Assembly (NCBI GenBank): GCA_036139835.1
Contig: JAYZYW010000012.1
Location: forward strand, 1 to 57,929
DNA length: 57,929 nt
Direction: 5' to 3'
Source of the DNA: Bacteroidota bacterium
GTDB taxonomy: Bacteria > Bacteroidota > Bacteroidia > Flavobacteriales > BACL11
The position numbers were made by a program, and so were the translations under genes. The notes under the pieces are model-generated. The model had not been told where the DNA came from, searched no databases, and saw only the letters and a list, made by a program, of their open reading frames with translations. Position 1 is the stretch's first letter. Each line of letters opens with the position of its first letter. Shown here in pieces: positions 49,486-57,289 of this stretch.

Positions 49486-51556
49486 CAGGTGCAGTATTAG
49501 TAATATTATTCATTCCATATTTTCTAGCTAATCGCTCATAATTGATACTACTATATTCAGATATCGTTGCAATTCTTTGTCTCATTTCCATTGCAGGTAT
49601 TGTTCCAGATTTAGACAATAACTGCCCCCAGGAAATAAATAAAATATCAAGTATATCAGTAGTCATATCGCCTACTCCCTCATTAATATAAAATTCTTTT
49701 ATTAAGGGATGATCTGTATTGTATATTACCTTACATCTGCCAGGAGCGATAAGTTCTGCATCAAAAATTGGTGCCGTTGTCCCTCTGGATTCTAAAGCAG
49801 TAATAAAAGGCCTTTTTTTAATATCTCTCTCCAACTCATTTACTGCTTCTGCAATGAGTTCTTTTGTTTTAGGGCTCAAATTATCTTCCTCTAAATCATC
49901 TAAATCAATTTTTTTCTTTTCTAAAATAGATGCAACCTCTTTTTTCGCATTTTCTACTCCAATTAGTAGTACATCTTCACTCCAAGTTTCTGGCGACCAG
50001 TGCTTACTATGTTTTTTAGTTACCTGTTCTGCTTTAGAAGATTCCTTTTCTCGTTTTTTAATTACCTTTTCTAATGTTTGTTCACGTAACAAGTCTCTTG
50101 ATTTATTGTCAAGTTGTCTAAGAAACTGTGGAATACCTTTGTCAGATAAAAGATCCCATATTTTCTTGTTTAGTGTAATTTGTTGTTTATTTACTGTAAG
50201 TCCAAAATATTCGTCTAGTATAGGATCAAAATCTATCTCCATTCTCCAATAACGAGATTGATTTTGTAAAACCATATTATTCTTTTTATTTTCAAAGCTA
50301 GTTCTTGTTACTTCATCAATTTGTCTATTTTTTCTCGTAATAATAGCATATTGATATTTTTTTAATGTGGTCCACCTTCCTTTCATTGGCATACCATCAG
50401 CATCGAAATCGTCAGATTGATCACCCGGCATAGCCGAAAGATTCTTATTTTTTGGATCCCAAAGACGAACAAACTTTGGATGATAAAAAGCAAACCTTAT
50501 GGTAATATTTCCCCATTCCCCTTGGCTATTTTTGATTTGGAATTTAGAGGATTCATATCTCTTGGCAATAATTCCCATATCAAAAAGTTTCTTTCTTCCT
50601 TCTGTAGTAGGTTCAAAAGGAAACCCTTCTTTTGTTCCATCATGTTTAATCAGTTTTTTATCATACTCTTCAGTAAATTTATCATTAAGTCCCCGTTTAT
50701 GGTGTAAAAATGCTTCTGGCTCTAAGAATAATGGATCTTTTGGTGCTATAATAACATTGTTGACTTTGATAGTTATTTTCTTAAAGATAGCTGATCGGTA
50801 AGTTTCTGATAAATTATCAATAATGGAACTATGAAAATTTTGTGGTGTTGAATAGCCCCAAGTCAAACCACCATATTTTTTTGGAAATTTTACATGTACA
50901 ATGGTTCCTGATGTTAAGGTTGAAATCTTTTGTTTTTCATATAGGTATTCTTGTACCTTTTTAGGAATATCTTTTTTTTCTGGTTCTGGCACCATCACCA
51001 TACCTGTTTCTTTATGAACTAAATTACCATCTTCTTTCTCTAATTCCTTTTTGTTGATAGAAATTGAATACCAATCGGTTTTACTGTTCTTTGAATACAC
51101 CTCGTATTCTTCACTTAAAAATAATGCTGAACTTGGTAATCCAAAACCATACTTCCCCAGAAAGTTTCCTTTTTTCAAATGACGATGCGTCCCACCCCAC
51201 ATAACAGCTGTTTTCAATACATCTTTAGACATGCCGGTACCACTATCGATCACAAATATATCAGTGATCTCGTTGCTTTGTGGACGGGTATAGTAATAGA
51301 TGAAGATTTGGTCAGCACCGGATTCTATCGAATTATCAACCATTTCATTTATGGCCGAACCGGTTGATTTGTATCCACTATCTCGAATACTTCCTAGAAA
51401 TTGCTGCGTAGCTACTAATGGCAACCCCTTTCTGTGAAGATTGTTTAAGTGTTTTGCATAATCTTCTTGAAGTTGTGAATTGGTTTTCTGATTTACAGAA
51501 TCCAGTATTAGATTCTTCGCTACTTCTTTCTTTTCTTTTAATTGTTTTTTTGTCAT
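49475..51556 (-). CDS. GHKL-superfamily ATPase, MORC/MutL-like (HATPase_c_3 type), copy 2 (693 aa)
   Basis: Motifs are NEMVDNSIESGA (N box), DSGTGM (G1) and GKYGFGLPSS (G2). YWRMEIDFDPILDEYFGLTVNKQQI is shared with the 471-aa paralog. Confidence 0.85.
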   Translation of the reverse strand: MTKKQLKEKKEVAKNLILDSVNQKTNSQLQEDYAKHLNNLHRKGLPLVATQQFLGSIRDSGYKSTGSAINEMVDNSIESGADQIFIYYYTRPQSNEITDIFVIDSGTGMSKDVLKTAVMWGGTHRHLKKGNFLGKYGFGLPSSALFLSEEYEVYSKNSKTDWYSISINKKELEKEDGNLVHKETGMVMVPEPEKKDIPKKVQEYLYEKQKISTLTSGTIVHVKFPKKYGGLTWGYSTPQNFHSSIIDNLSETYRSAIFKKITIKVNNVIIAPKDPLFLEPEAFLHHKRGLNDKFTEEYDKKLIKHDGTKEGFPFEPTTEGRKKLFDMGIIAKRYESSKFQIKNSQGEWGNITIRFAFYHPKFVRLWDPKNKNLSAMPGDQSDDFDADGMPMKGRWTTLKKYQYAIITRKNRQIDEVTRTSFENKKNNMVLQNQSRYWRMEIDFDPILDEYFGLTVNKQQITLNKKIWDLLSDKGIPQFLRQLDNKSRDLLREQTLEKVIKKREKESSKAEQVTKKHSKHWSPETWSEDVLLIGVENAKKEVASILEKKKIDLDDLEEDNLSPKTKELIAEAVNELERDIKKRPFITALESRGTTAPIFDAELIAPGRCKVIYNTDHPLIKEFYINEGVGDMTTDILDILFISWGQLLSKSGTIPAMEMRQRIATISEYSSINYERLARKYGMNNITNTAPDED

Positions 51557-51560
51557 AACG

Positions 51561-51749
51561 TTATTTTAATAATTTATTAAAAATAAAATCACCTATCATC
51601 CAAATTTGGAAAATAGGAGAAAGCAAAACAGAATATGCTGTATAATCTTTACTGATAAAATTTTGGATTTGGAATCCCGAGTTTATGATTTTTTTCACTT
51701 TAAAATGATACATAATAAATTGCCGCTTTGACCAATTTATCATGCTCAT
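51561..51749 (-). CDS. Doubtful small ORF (62 aa)
   Basis: It ends 4 nt before the GHKL-2 start, which is suggestive. However, its composition looks like AT-rich spacer and there is no homology evidence. Confidence 0.2.
   Translation of the reverse strand: MSMINWSKRQFIMYHFKVKKIINSGFQIQNFISKDYTAYSVLLSPIFQIWMIGDFIFNKLLK
51600..51609. promoter_or_regulatory. Palindrome CCAAATTTGG about 45 nt upstream of the GHKL-2 start
   Basis: A perfect 10-bp palindrome with the same half-site as the 48431-48446 palindrome. Confidence 0.25.
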
Positions 51750-51891
51750 CTTAGTTGTTAGATCTTCAGGATTTTCCTGTTAAAGACCCCTGATAAACTG
51801 GGTTTTTTGCACTGCAAACATACAAAAAAAAAATGAGACTACAAAATAATTTGGTGTATTTCTTACCTAAAAAATGACTTTGCTAGGTTAA

Positions 51892-54039
51892 TTAAGTGCG
51901 TGAAAATAAAGTGGTTGTTAATTCTTGTTGTGCAACTAAAATTGGCCACCAAAATGCCTCTCCTTGCCACCCTAAATCACTTTTTCCATTTTGTCTTAGT
52001 AGAATTAATGTTGGGGTTTTCATTCCATGTTTTCTTGCCAATTGTAATTCGCTTTTTGACCCAGCAGCAGTATCAGGAACATCTTCAAATCTTCCGTCAA
52101 ATCTTTTTCTACTTATATTTCTGTTAGTTCGAACAATGAGGTTTATATAATTTGTATCCTTATCTTGTTTTATTAAATGCTTTGCAAGACTTTTCATCTC
52201 ACTTAATGGTAACTGGTAATGATCCTCAAAAAGCAAACCTTCCCAAATATTATCCATAATACTACAAAACTCTGTATAGGATATTTTTATTATTGTAGAT
52301 AAATCCTGTTGATATGGGTTGTATAATAAATGTAGAATATGATCTACACGCATTGTAATTTTTTTCTGTATAGATTGTGTTTGTGTGTTAAACCCGATTG
52401 GCAAGATACGTCTGCCAGCAGTAATAGTATGAACATCTGATAATAGCAGTTTATTAGGAGAGCAAGGGATTACGCCTTCCAATTCCCTTTGTATAAAATT
52501 AATGGGACAATTTGGGCCATTTTTTTCAATCGATTCCCACAATGCATTTTCAATTCTGTGCATACTTTCTAAAACACGGTATATCCCCAAACTTGTATAC
52601 ATTCTTGTTATTGCCATATCATTAATTGGTCTTGGACCGAAACATCTTAAATGCTGTAAAACTGTATCCATTTGAAATCTTCTTGGCGATCTTCCATACC
52701 AAAAAGCAATCAAATTTTCTACACTTATTCCTCTATCTAAAATTGTACCACCCACAAAAATCATAAAGGGAGAGGAAAGTTCTAATTGTCCTGTTGCTTC
52801 ATCCATTAAGGCCTCTGTATCAGTATCAGAATTAACTGTCTGCACACAGATATAACCATCAACTAGAGCGCTTTTCACACTTTCCAACACCTTCTTAAAT
52901 GAAGGCATTTTAGTATCTGATAATTTGTTTATTGAATATTTAAAATAATCGTAATAAACTTTTATTAGTTCAGCAAATGATTTAGAGTCTAACTGTAATA
53001 AAGAAGAGTAATTTCTAAGACAGCAAGCAACTATATCTGCTTGCCAATCGTGTCTAACCTTCTGTGTTTCGGTGTGTACAACAAAAGAATATTTTTTTGG
53101 TGTTACCTTTTGTTCTTTGTCTTGGATTCTTCGGATTGAACCCCCCACTATAAAATTTAATAATGCATCCCATAACCCATCAACTCCATGAATTCGAATA
53201 TTTGGATTTAATCTAATACTTCTAGGCGTTCGTAAAACTCTTAATTCATCATTTGTTATCTCCTCAAATATGTCGTGAAAAATGGATTCGCTTTCATTAC
53301 TTGGCAGATTAAAGAATTCATCTCCTCCTATGTATTTATCGTGTTTGGGAACAAGATGCGTAAATACTGGTCTTGTTGGTGCCAATAATTGCCCATTTAT
53401 TTCCTGATATCCATCAGGCTGTAAATAAAGAGAGTAAGGAGTAGCTGTTACTAACAGAAAATCCGAGTCAGTGAGTAATTTTCTGAAAGAACTGATTTGC
53501 CCCATAATTGTTCCTACTTGTATTTCTCCACTATTTCTTCTAAAACTAAGACCGCAAAAATCAGCTTCATCATCAATAATTAAAGTTTTACTTTTTTTTA
53601 GGCGATCGTGATTACGGTATGTTCTAATTAATCTGTTAAGATTGTCATCTTCTTTCTTTACACAAAAAATAAGTTTTTTATTTTGCTGATATCCAGAAAG
53701 CACATTTACTTTCATTATATCAAGAACTTCTACTAAGTCATCTTCAACAAATTCTTTAAATTCAGACCTCAATCTTTTATATGTTTGGCTCAAAAGGAAC
53801 TTTGTTCCTTTAGTTAACACAACTATTGACTCAAAACCATTATCTAATGCTAATGCAATTATACCACAGTATGCAAATGTTTTTCCAGCTTGCACTCTAC
53901 CCAGTAACATTCCTGGCTTTCTAGGTGAGGTTTGATTTGAAAGAAGATCTTCAACAGTACCCTCAATACATTTCGTAAGAGCAGTAGTATAATTTTCTTT
54001 CTGCTTTTTATATAAGTAAAATTTTCCGGTTTTTTTCAT
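51892..54039 (-). CDS. Z1-domain protein (SF2 helicase-like P-loop NTPase)
   Basis: Motifs are GRVQAGKT (Walker A), LIIDDEAD (Walker B/DEAD-like) and VTATP (motif III). The C-terminal FVGGTILDRGISVENLIAFWYGRSPRRFQMDTVLQHLRCFGPR matches the Z1 block (L.RGlT.eGL.vsYf.R.......DTL.Q..RWFGYR). Confidence 0.8.
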   Translation of the reverse strand: MKKTGKFYLYKKQKENYTTALTKCIEGTVEDLLSNQTSPRKPGMLLGRVQAGKTFAYCGIIALALDNGFESIVVLTKGTKFLLSQTYKRLRSEFKEFVEDDLVEVLDIMKVNVLSGYQQNKKLIFCVKKEDDNLNRLIRTYRNHDRLKKSKTLIIDDEADFCGLSFRRNSGEIQVGTIMGQISSFRKLLTDSDFLLVTATPYSLYLQPDGYQEINGQLLAPTRPVFTHLVPKHDKYIGGDEFFNLPSNESESIFHDIFEEITNDELRVLRTPRSIRLNPNIRIHGVDGLWDALLNFIVGGSIRRIQDKEQKVTPKKYSFVVHTETQKVRHDWQADIVACCLRNYSSLLQLDSKSFAELIKVYYDYFKYSINKLSDTKMPSFKKVLESVKSALVDGYICVQTVNSDTDTEALMDEATGQLELSSPFMIFVGGTILDRGISVENLIAFWYGRSPRRFQMDTVLQHLRCFGPRPINDMAITRMYTSLGIYRVLESMHRIENALWESIEKNGPNCPINFIQRELEGVIPCSPNKLLLSDVHTITAGRRILPIGFNTQTQSIQKKITMRVDHILHLLYNPYQQDLSTIIKISYTEFCSIMDNIWEGLLFEDHYQLPLSEMKSLAKHLIKQDKDTNYINLIVRTNRNISRKRFDGRFEDVPDTAAGSKSELQLARKHGMKTPTLILLRQNGKSDLGWQGEAFWWPILVAQQELTTTLFSRT

Positions 54040-54090
54040 CGAGAAAAATTATTGAATTTTCTGTCTATTCAATTATCTTCATAAAATAAT

Positions 54091-55017
54091 TTAGTCATCA
54101 GCAAAAAAAATCAGATTCCCATCTGTTTTATAATTAAATTCTGTATTGAATATGCCAAGAAAAGATAAAATAGTAGGGGATAAGTCTGCTTGACTGCTTA
54201 TATAATCTTCCTTATAAGAAATACTTGGATGTTCAGATAATAATATAGTCTTTTTAATATGAGGGTTATTATTATCGCTATGAGATGTTCCATCACCTCC
54301 ATGATCAGAAACTATAAAGATCATCCAGTCTTCTCCTTCATGTCTTTTTTCTTGTATCATACCAAATAAGTTCTGTACATAAGAATCTAGTATTGAAAGT
54401 TTATTTACATATTCTGGAACAGATGAACTAAATCCATAACTATGTCCAGCTCCATCAAGTTCATCAAATTGCAAGAACAAAACATCTGGAGATATAGGGT
54501 CTGATTCTACTAATAGTTTTTTTACAGATAAAAAAACTAAAGAGTCATTGGGTTCAGAATTAGAATAATCTACATGAGAAGATAATATGTGTGTATTTAT
54601 AGGTTCCCAATTAACAATAGAAGCAGTATTTATACTCTGCTGTATATCTTCTATATATCTAAAGAATGGAGGGAAGTGAAGGTAATTAGGATCACTAAAA
54701 CTATTATCAACTATATTATGTTTGTTATAATGAACTCCTGTCAATATACTAGACCAATTTGGTCCACTTACAGTATAATGCTCAACAATATGAGATGAAT
54801 TATAATAAATATTCTTTCCATGAAACATACTATGCATAAAAGGAGTAGATTCAGGTAATAATACATCACTCCTAAATCCATCTATACCGATTATAAGAAC
54901 TTTCCTGTCTATTTTTGTAGAATCTATAGTAGTTTCGCCATATTGCTCATATGTCTGAGAGTCTTTATTACAACTAATAAATATCAAAGGAATAAATAGA
55001 AAGAATAGTTTTTTCAT
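54091..55017 (-). CDS. Nucleotide pyrophosphatase/phosphodiesterase (alkaline-phosphatase superfamily) lipoprotein
   Basis: The signal peptide ends in FISC. IGIDGFRSD, DELDGAGHSYG and SDHGG are metal-ligand motifs of the NPP family. Confidence 0.8.
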   Translation of the reverse strand: MKKLFFLFIPLIFISCNKDSQTYEQYGETTIDSTKIDRKVLIIGIDGFRSDVLLPESTPFMHSMFHGKNIYYNSSHIVEHYTVSGPNWSSILTGVHYNKHNIVDNSFSDPNYLHFPPFFRYIEDIQQSINTASIVNWEPINTHILSSHVDYSNSEPNDSLVFLSVKKLLVESDPISPDVLFLQFDELDGAGHSYGFSSSVPEYVNKLSILDSYVQNLFGMIQEKRHEGEDWMIFIVSDHGGDGTSHSDNNNPHIKKTILLSEHPSISYKEDYISSQADLSPTILSFLGIFNTEFNYKTDGNLIFFADD

Positions 55018-55038
55018 TGAAACAAAAGTAGAAAAAAA

Positions 55039-55057
55039 GTCGGGAAGAGAGGATTAC
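55039..55057. repeat. Copy E of the dispersed motif (GTCGGGAAGAGAGGATTAC)
   Basis: It lies 22 nt upstream of the minus-strand NPP start and is preceded on the plus strand by CAAAAGTAGAAAAAAA, as in copy F. Confidence 0.6.
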
Positions 55058-55188
55058 TTTGACTTATCTGCAATTAAATTTGCATAATCATAAATCATTA
55101 AATAATTGCATAAAAGAAGATCTCTTACTAAAATAAGAAGCTACCATTGGTAGCTTCCTATAAAGTAATTATCTTATTTTGTTTAGGT

Positions 55189-55761
55189 TTATTTAATACT
55201 TTTTAAAATATTATCAATCTTTGGTTTTACAAACCAACTATTATTAGAATTTCCTAATCTTTGATCTATATTATTATTTATAATGGTATTTTTAGAACAA
55301 TGTACTGTTTGGGTTACCGAATAAGATATTGATATCGGGATACCCATTTCTAACCATGATGTATCCATATTCATATCATAGATAGTAATTGAAAGACTTG
55401 TTTTAGTAAATGAACAGGGTATTGAAAATGTCGTGTCCTCATCTGTAATTGTTAACATATTGTTTGAATAAACATAATCAAGGGTATCTCCATCAACAAA
55501 CATGTTTCCATTATTAGTAAACTGAAGATTTCCTTCAATACCAGCATCATATGGAGTCATAGTAACAGTTCCTGATCCTGACATTGAGTCAACAACCATT
55601 CCCATCATTGTTACAGTAAGTGATGTGTCAAGATCTACAGAAGTAGGTGTCCAAATACCGACAATTGTTGGAGAAGATGGCGGATTATTTTCTTCTTCTT
55701 CTTTCTTGCATGCTGCAAAAACGATTGATAAAGCTAAAAATGTATAAATTAATTTTCTCAT
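55189..55761 (-). CDS. Hypothetical lipoprotein (lipocalin-like size)
   Basis: The signal peptide ends in FAAC. No catalytic motif recognised. Confidence 0.5.
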   Translation of the reverse strand: MRKLIYTFLALSIVFAACKKEEEENNPPSSPTIVGIWTPTSVDLDTSLTVTMMGMVVDSMSGSGTVTMTPYDAGIEGNLQFTNNGNMFVDGDTLDYVYSNNMLTITDEDTTFSIPCSFTKTSLSITIYDMNMDTSWLEMGIPISISYSVTQTVHCSKNTIINNNIDQRLGNSNNSWFVKPKIDNILKSIK

Positions 55762-55811
55762 GAGTTATTTCTTTTAGATTATTAAGGCTGCGAATATAAA
55801 AAAATAACTAA

Positions 55812-55877
55812 GATGGGGATGAGAAAAGTCGAACCTTCTAAGAAAATGGTCGGAATGAGAGAGCGATAATTTACTAA
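55812..55877. repeat. Copies D1/D2 of the dispersed motif (GATGGGGATGAGAAAAG... and GGTCGGAATGAGAGAGCGATAATTTACTAA)
   Basis: Two adjacent degenerate copies. D2 matches copy C over about 30 nt. Confidence 0.55.
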
Positions 55878-55918
55878 TGACAGATGATAAGAAACAATTG
55901 GATTCTTGGAAGATAATC

Positions 55919-56113
55919 TTAACATCCATCAAACAACCAGAAGAAGAATAGAATTGGAAGCACAGCTAGTATAATCTGTACAATACAACTACCTCCAACA
56001 AATAATCCCCCTAAAGCTCCCATACATCCACCCTCACCAGAACCATCATCAGATAACAATCCAATTATTCCACCTATAACAGCACAAACAATAAGAACAA
56101 TTAACCAATTCAT
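55919..56113 (-). CDS. Small Gly-rich two-TM membrane protein
   Basis: 64 aa that are almost entirely hydrophobic or Gly. Confidence 0.4.
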   Translation of the reverse strand: MNWLIVLIVCAVIGGIIGLLSDDGSGEGGCMGALGGLFVGGSCIVQIILAVLPILFFFWLFDGC

Positions 56114-56210
56114 AATATTTTTTTAATGTAAGTAAACTTACAAAAAATATTAAGACTATAAAGAAAAAATGCGGAAAAGGAACCATTAAGAATGATTCCC
56201 CTAATAAATC

Positions 56211-56651
56211 TTATTGAGGCGTATAAATTGTATTCCCAAAAGCATCTTTTTTATACGTCCCTTTTGTATTGCCATATGAATCCTTTTCAACAGTATTACC
56301 AAAAGCATCTTTTGAATAAGTTGATTGTGTATTCCCATAAGCATCTTTTTTCACCGTATTACCAAAAGCATCTTTTGAATAAGTTGATTGTGTATTCCCA
56401 TAAGCATCTTTTTTCACCGTGTTACCAAAAGCATCATTAGAATAAGTGGACTTTGTATTCCCATAAGCATCTTTTTTCACCGTATTACCAAAAGCATCTT
56501 TTGAATAAGTGGACTTTGTATTCCCATAAGCATCTTTTGCAACCGTATTACCAAAAGCATCTTTTGAATAAGTTGTTGTATTGGTTCCCCATTGACTAAA
56601 CCCCAATGTTGCGGTGAAGATAAAGATTAACGTAAAAATAAATTTTTTCAT
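56211..56651 (-). CDS. Secreted tandem-repeat protein with about six units of KDAFGNTV.KDAYGNT.STYS
   Basis: MKKFIFTLIFIFTATLGFSQ is a signal peptide (start at the internal Met, 56651). Highly regular 20-aa repeats follow. Confidence 0.7.
   Translation of the reverse strand: MKKFIFTLIFIFTATLGFSQWGTNTTTYSKDAFGNTVAKDAYGNTKSTYSKDAFGNTVKKDAYGNTKSTYSNDAFGNTVKKDAYGNTQSTYSKDAFGNTVKKDAYGNTQSTYSKDAFGNTVEKDSYGNTKGTYKKDAFGNTIYTPQ
56230..56580. repeat. 60-bp tandem repeat array (about 5.5 units), coding
   Basis: The unit attcccataagcatcttttttcaccgtattaccaaaagcatcttttgaataagttgattgtgt is repeated head to tail with few substitutions. Confidence 0.9.
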
Positions 56652-56777
56652 AACAAATAAAGTATTGATTAACAAACAAATATATAAATTATTTTATAAC
56701 TCATATCTAATTTATAATATATAACGGATATACTTTTGGGTGTAAAAAACACAATAGTAGTAATAGTTTTTTCATTG

Positions 56778-57239
56778 TTAATCTGCTTTTTTATTTAATA
56801 CTATGTCTGAAATTACAAAATTTATTGAATTCACCTTAATTAAAGTCATTCCTGAAATCTCAAAATCATCTCCAGCACTATAAACTTTTAACCCATTTCC
56901 ATTTGGAGGCATACTCATTATAGATAATTTGGTTGGCGCATTACACATTAAGCTTCCTTTATTTGAGTAAAAATTAAGCGCTCCATCAACTTTATTATCT
57001 AAAGTGAAATAAAAAGTCTTAAACAAAATTTTACCTTTTGACTCAACATTTATTGTTATCATTTCATTTAAAGAGACGTCTTTTCCTGATTTTGAGGTTA
57101 ATTCAGAGTTTTTTGAAGTGACACTAAAGCTAACTATAGTATCTGCAATAGAATCTTGAATTTTATTCTTTTGAGAATCATTTACACAAGAACTAAATAG
57201 CAAAGGCAAGCAAAGTAGTATAAGAAGTAGTTTTTTCAT
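56778..57239 (-). CDS. Hypothetical lipoprotein
   Basis: The signal peptide ends in LFSSC. No motif recognised. Confidence 0.5.
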   Translation of the reverse strand: MKKLLLILLCLPLLFSSCVNDSQKNKIQDSIADTIVSFSVTSKNSELTSKSGKDVSLNEMITINVESKGKILFKTFYFTLDNKVDGALNFYSNKGSLMCNAPTKLSIMSMPPNGNGLKVYSAGDDFEISGMTLIKVNSINFVISDIVLNKKAD

Positions 57240-57259
57240 TGGGACAAAAGTAGAAAAAA

Positions 57260-57278
57260 GGCGGGATGAGATGATTGC
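57260..57278. repeat. Copy F of the dispersed motif (GGCGGGATGAGATGATTGC)
   Basis: It lies between the stop at 57290 and the start at 57239 and is preceded by CAAAAGTAGAAAAAA, as in copy E. Confidence 0.55.
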
Positions 57279-57289
57279 ATTCTTCCCTC

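Noticed and set aside
49719-50801. Plus-strand ORFs of 177, 96 and 100 aa
   Set aside because: They are antisense to the 693-aa GHKL ATPase gene, Ser/Phe/Leu-rich and low-complexity. They are shadow ORFs.
39977-54039. Prophage, ICE or restriction-modification system
   Set aside because: I can recognise no integrase, terminase, capsid, portal, relaxase, T4SS gene or DNA methyltransferase. I found no flanking direct repeats either. The block is therefore described only as an accessory or defence-like island.
56192-56440. 82-aa plus-strand ORF with repeated YSHKHLFSPYYQKHLLNKLIV
   Set aside because: It is the antisense reading of the 60-bp tandem array. The minus-strand ORF has a signal peptide and is the plausible gene.
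56230-56580. Possible CRISPR array, considered because of the regular ~60-bp periodicity
   Set aside because: The units are contiguous with no unique spacers, the period is a multiple of 3, and the array is in frame inside a signal-peptide ORF. No cas genes are present in the window.
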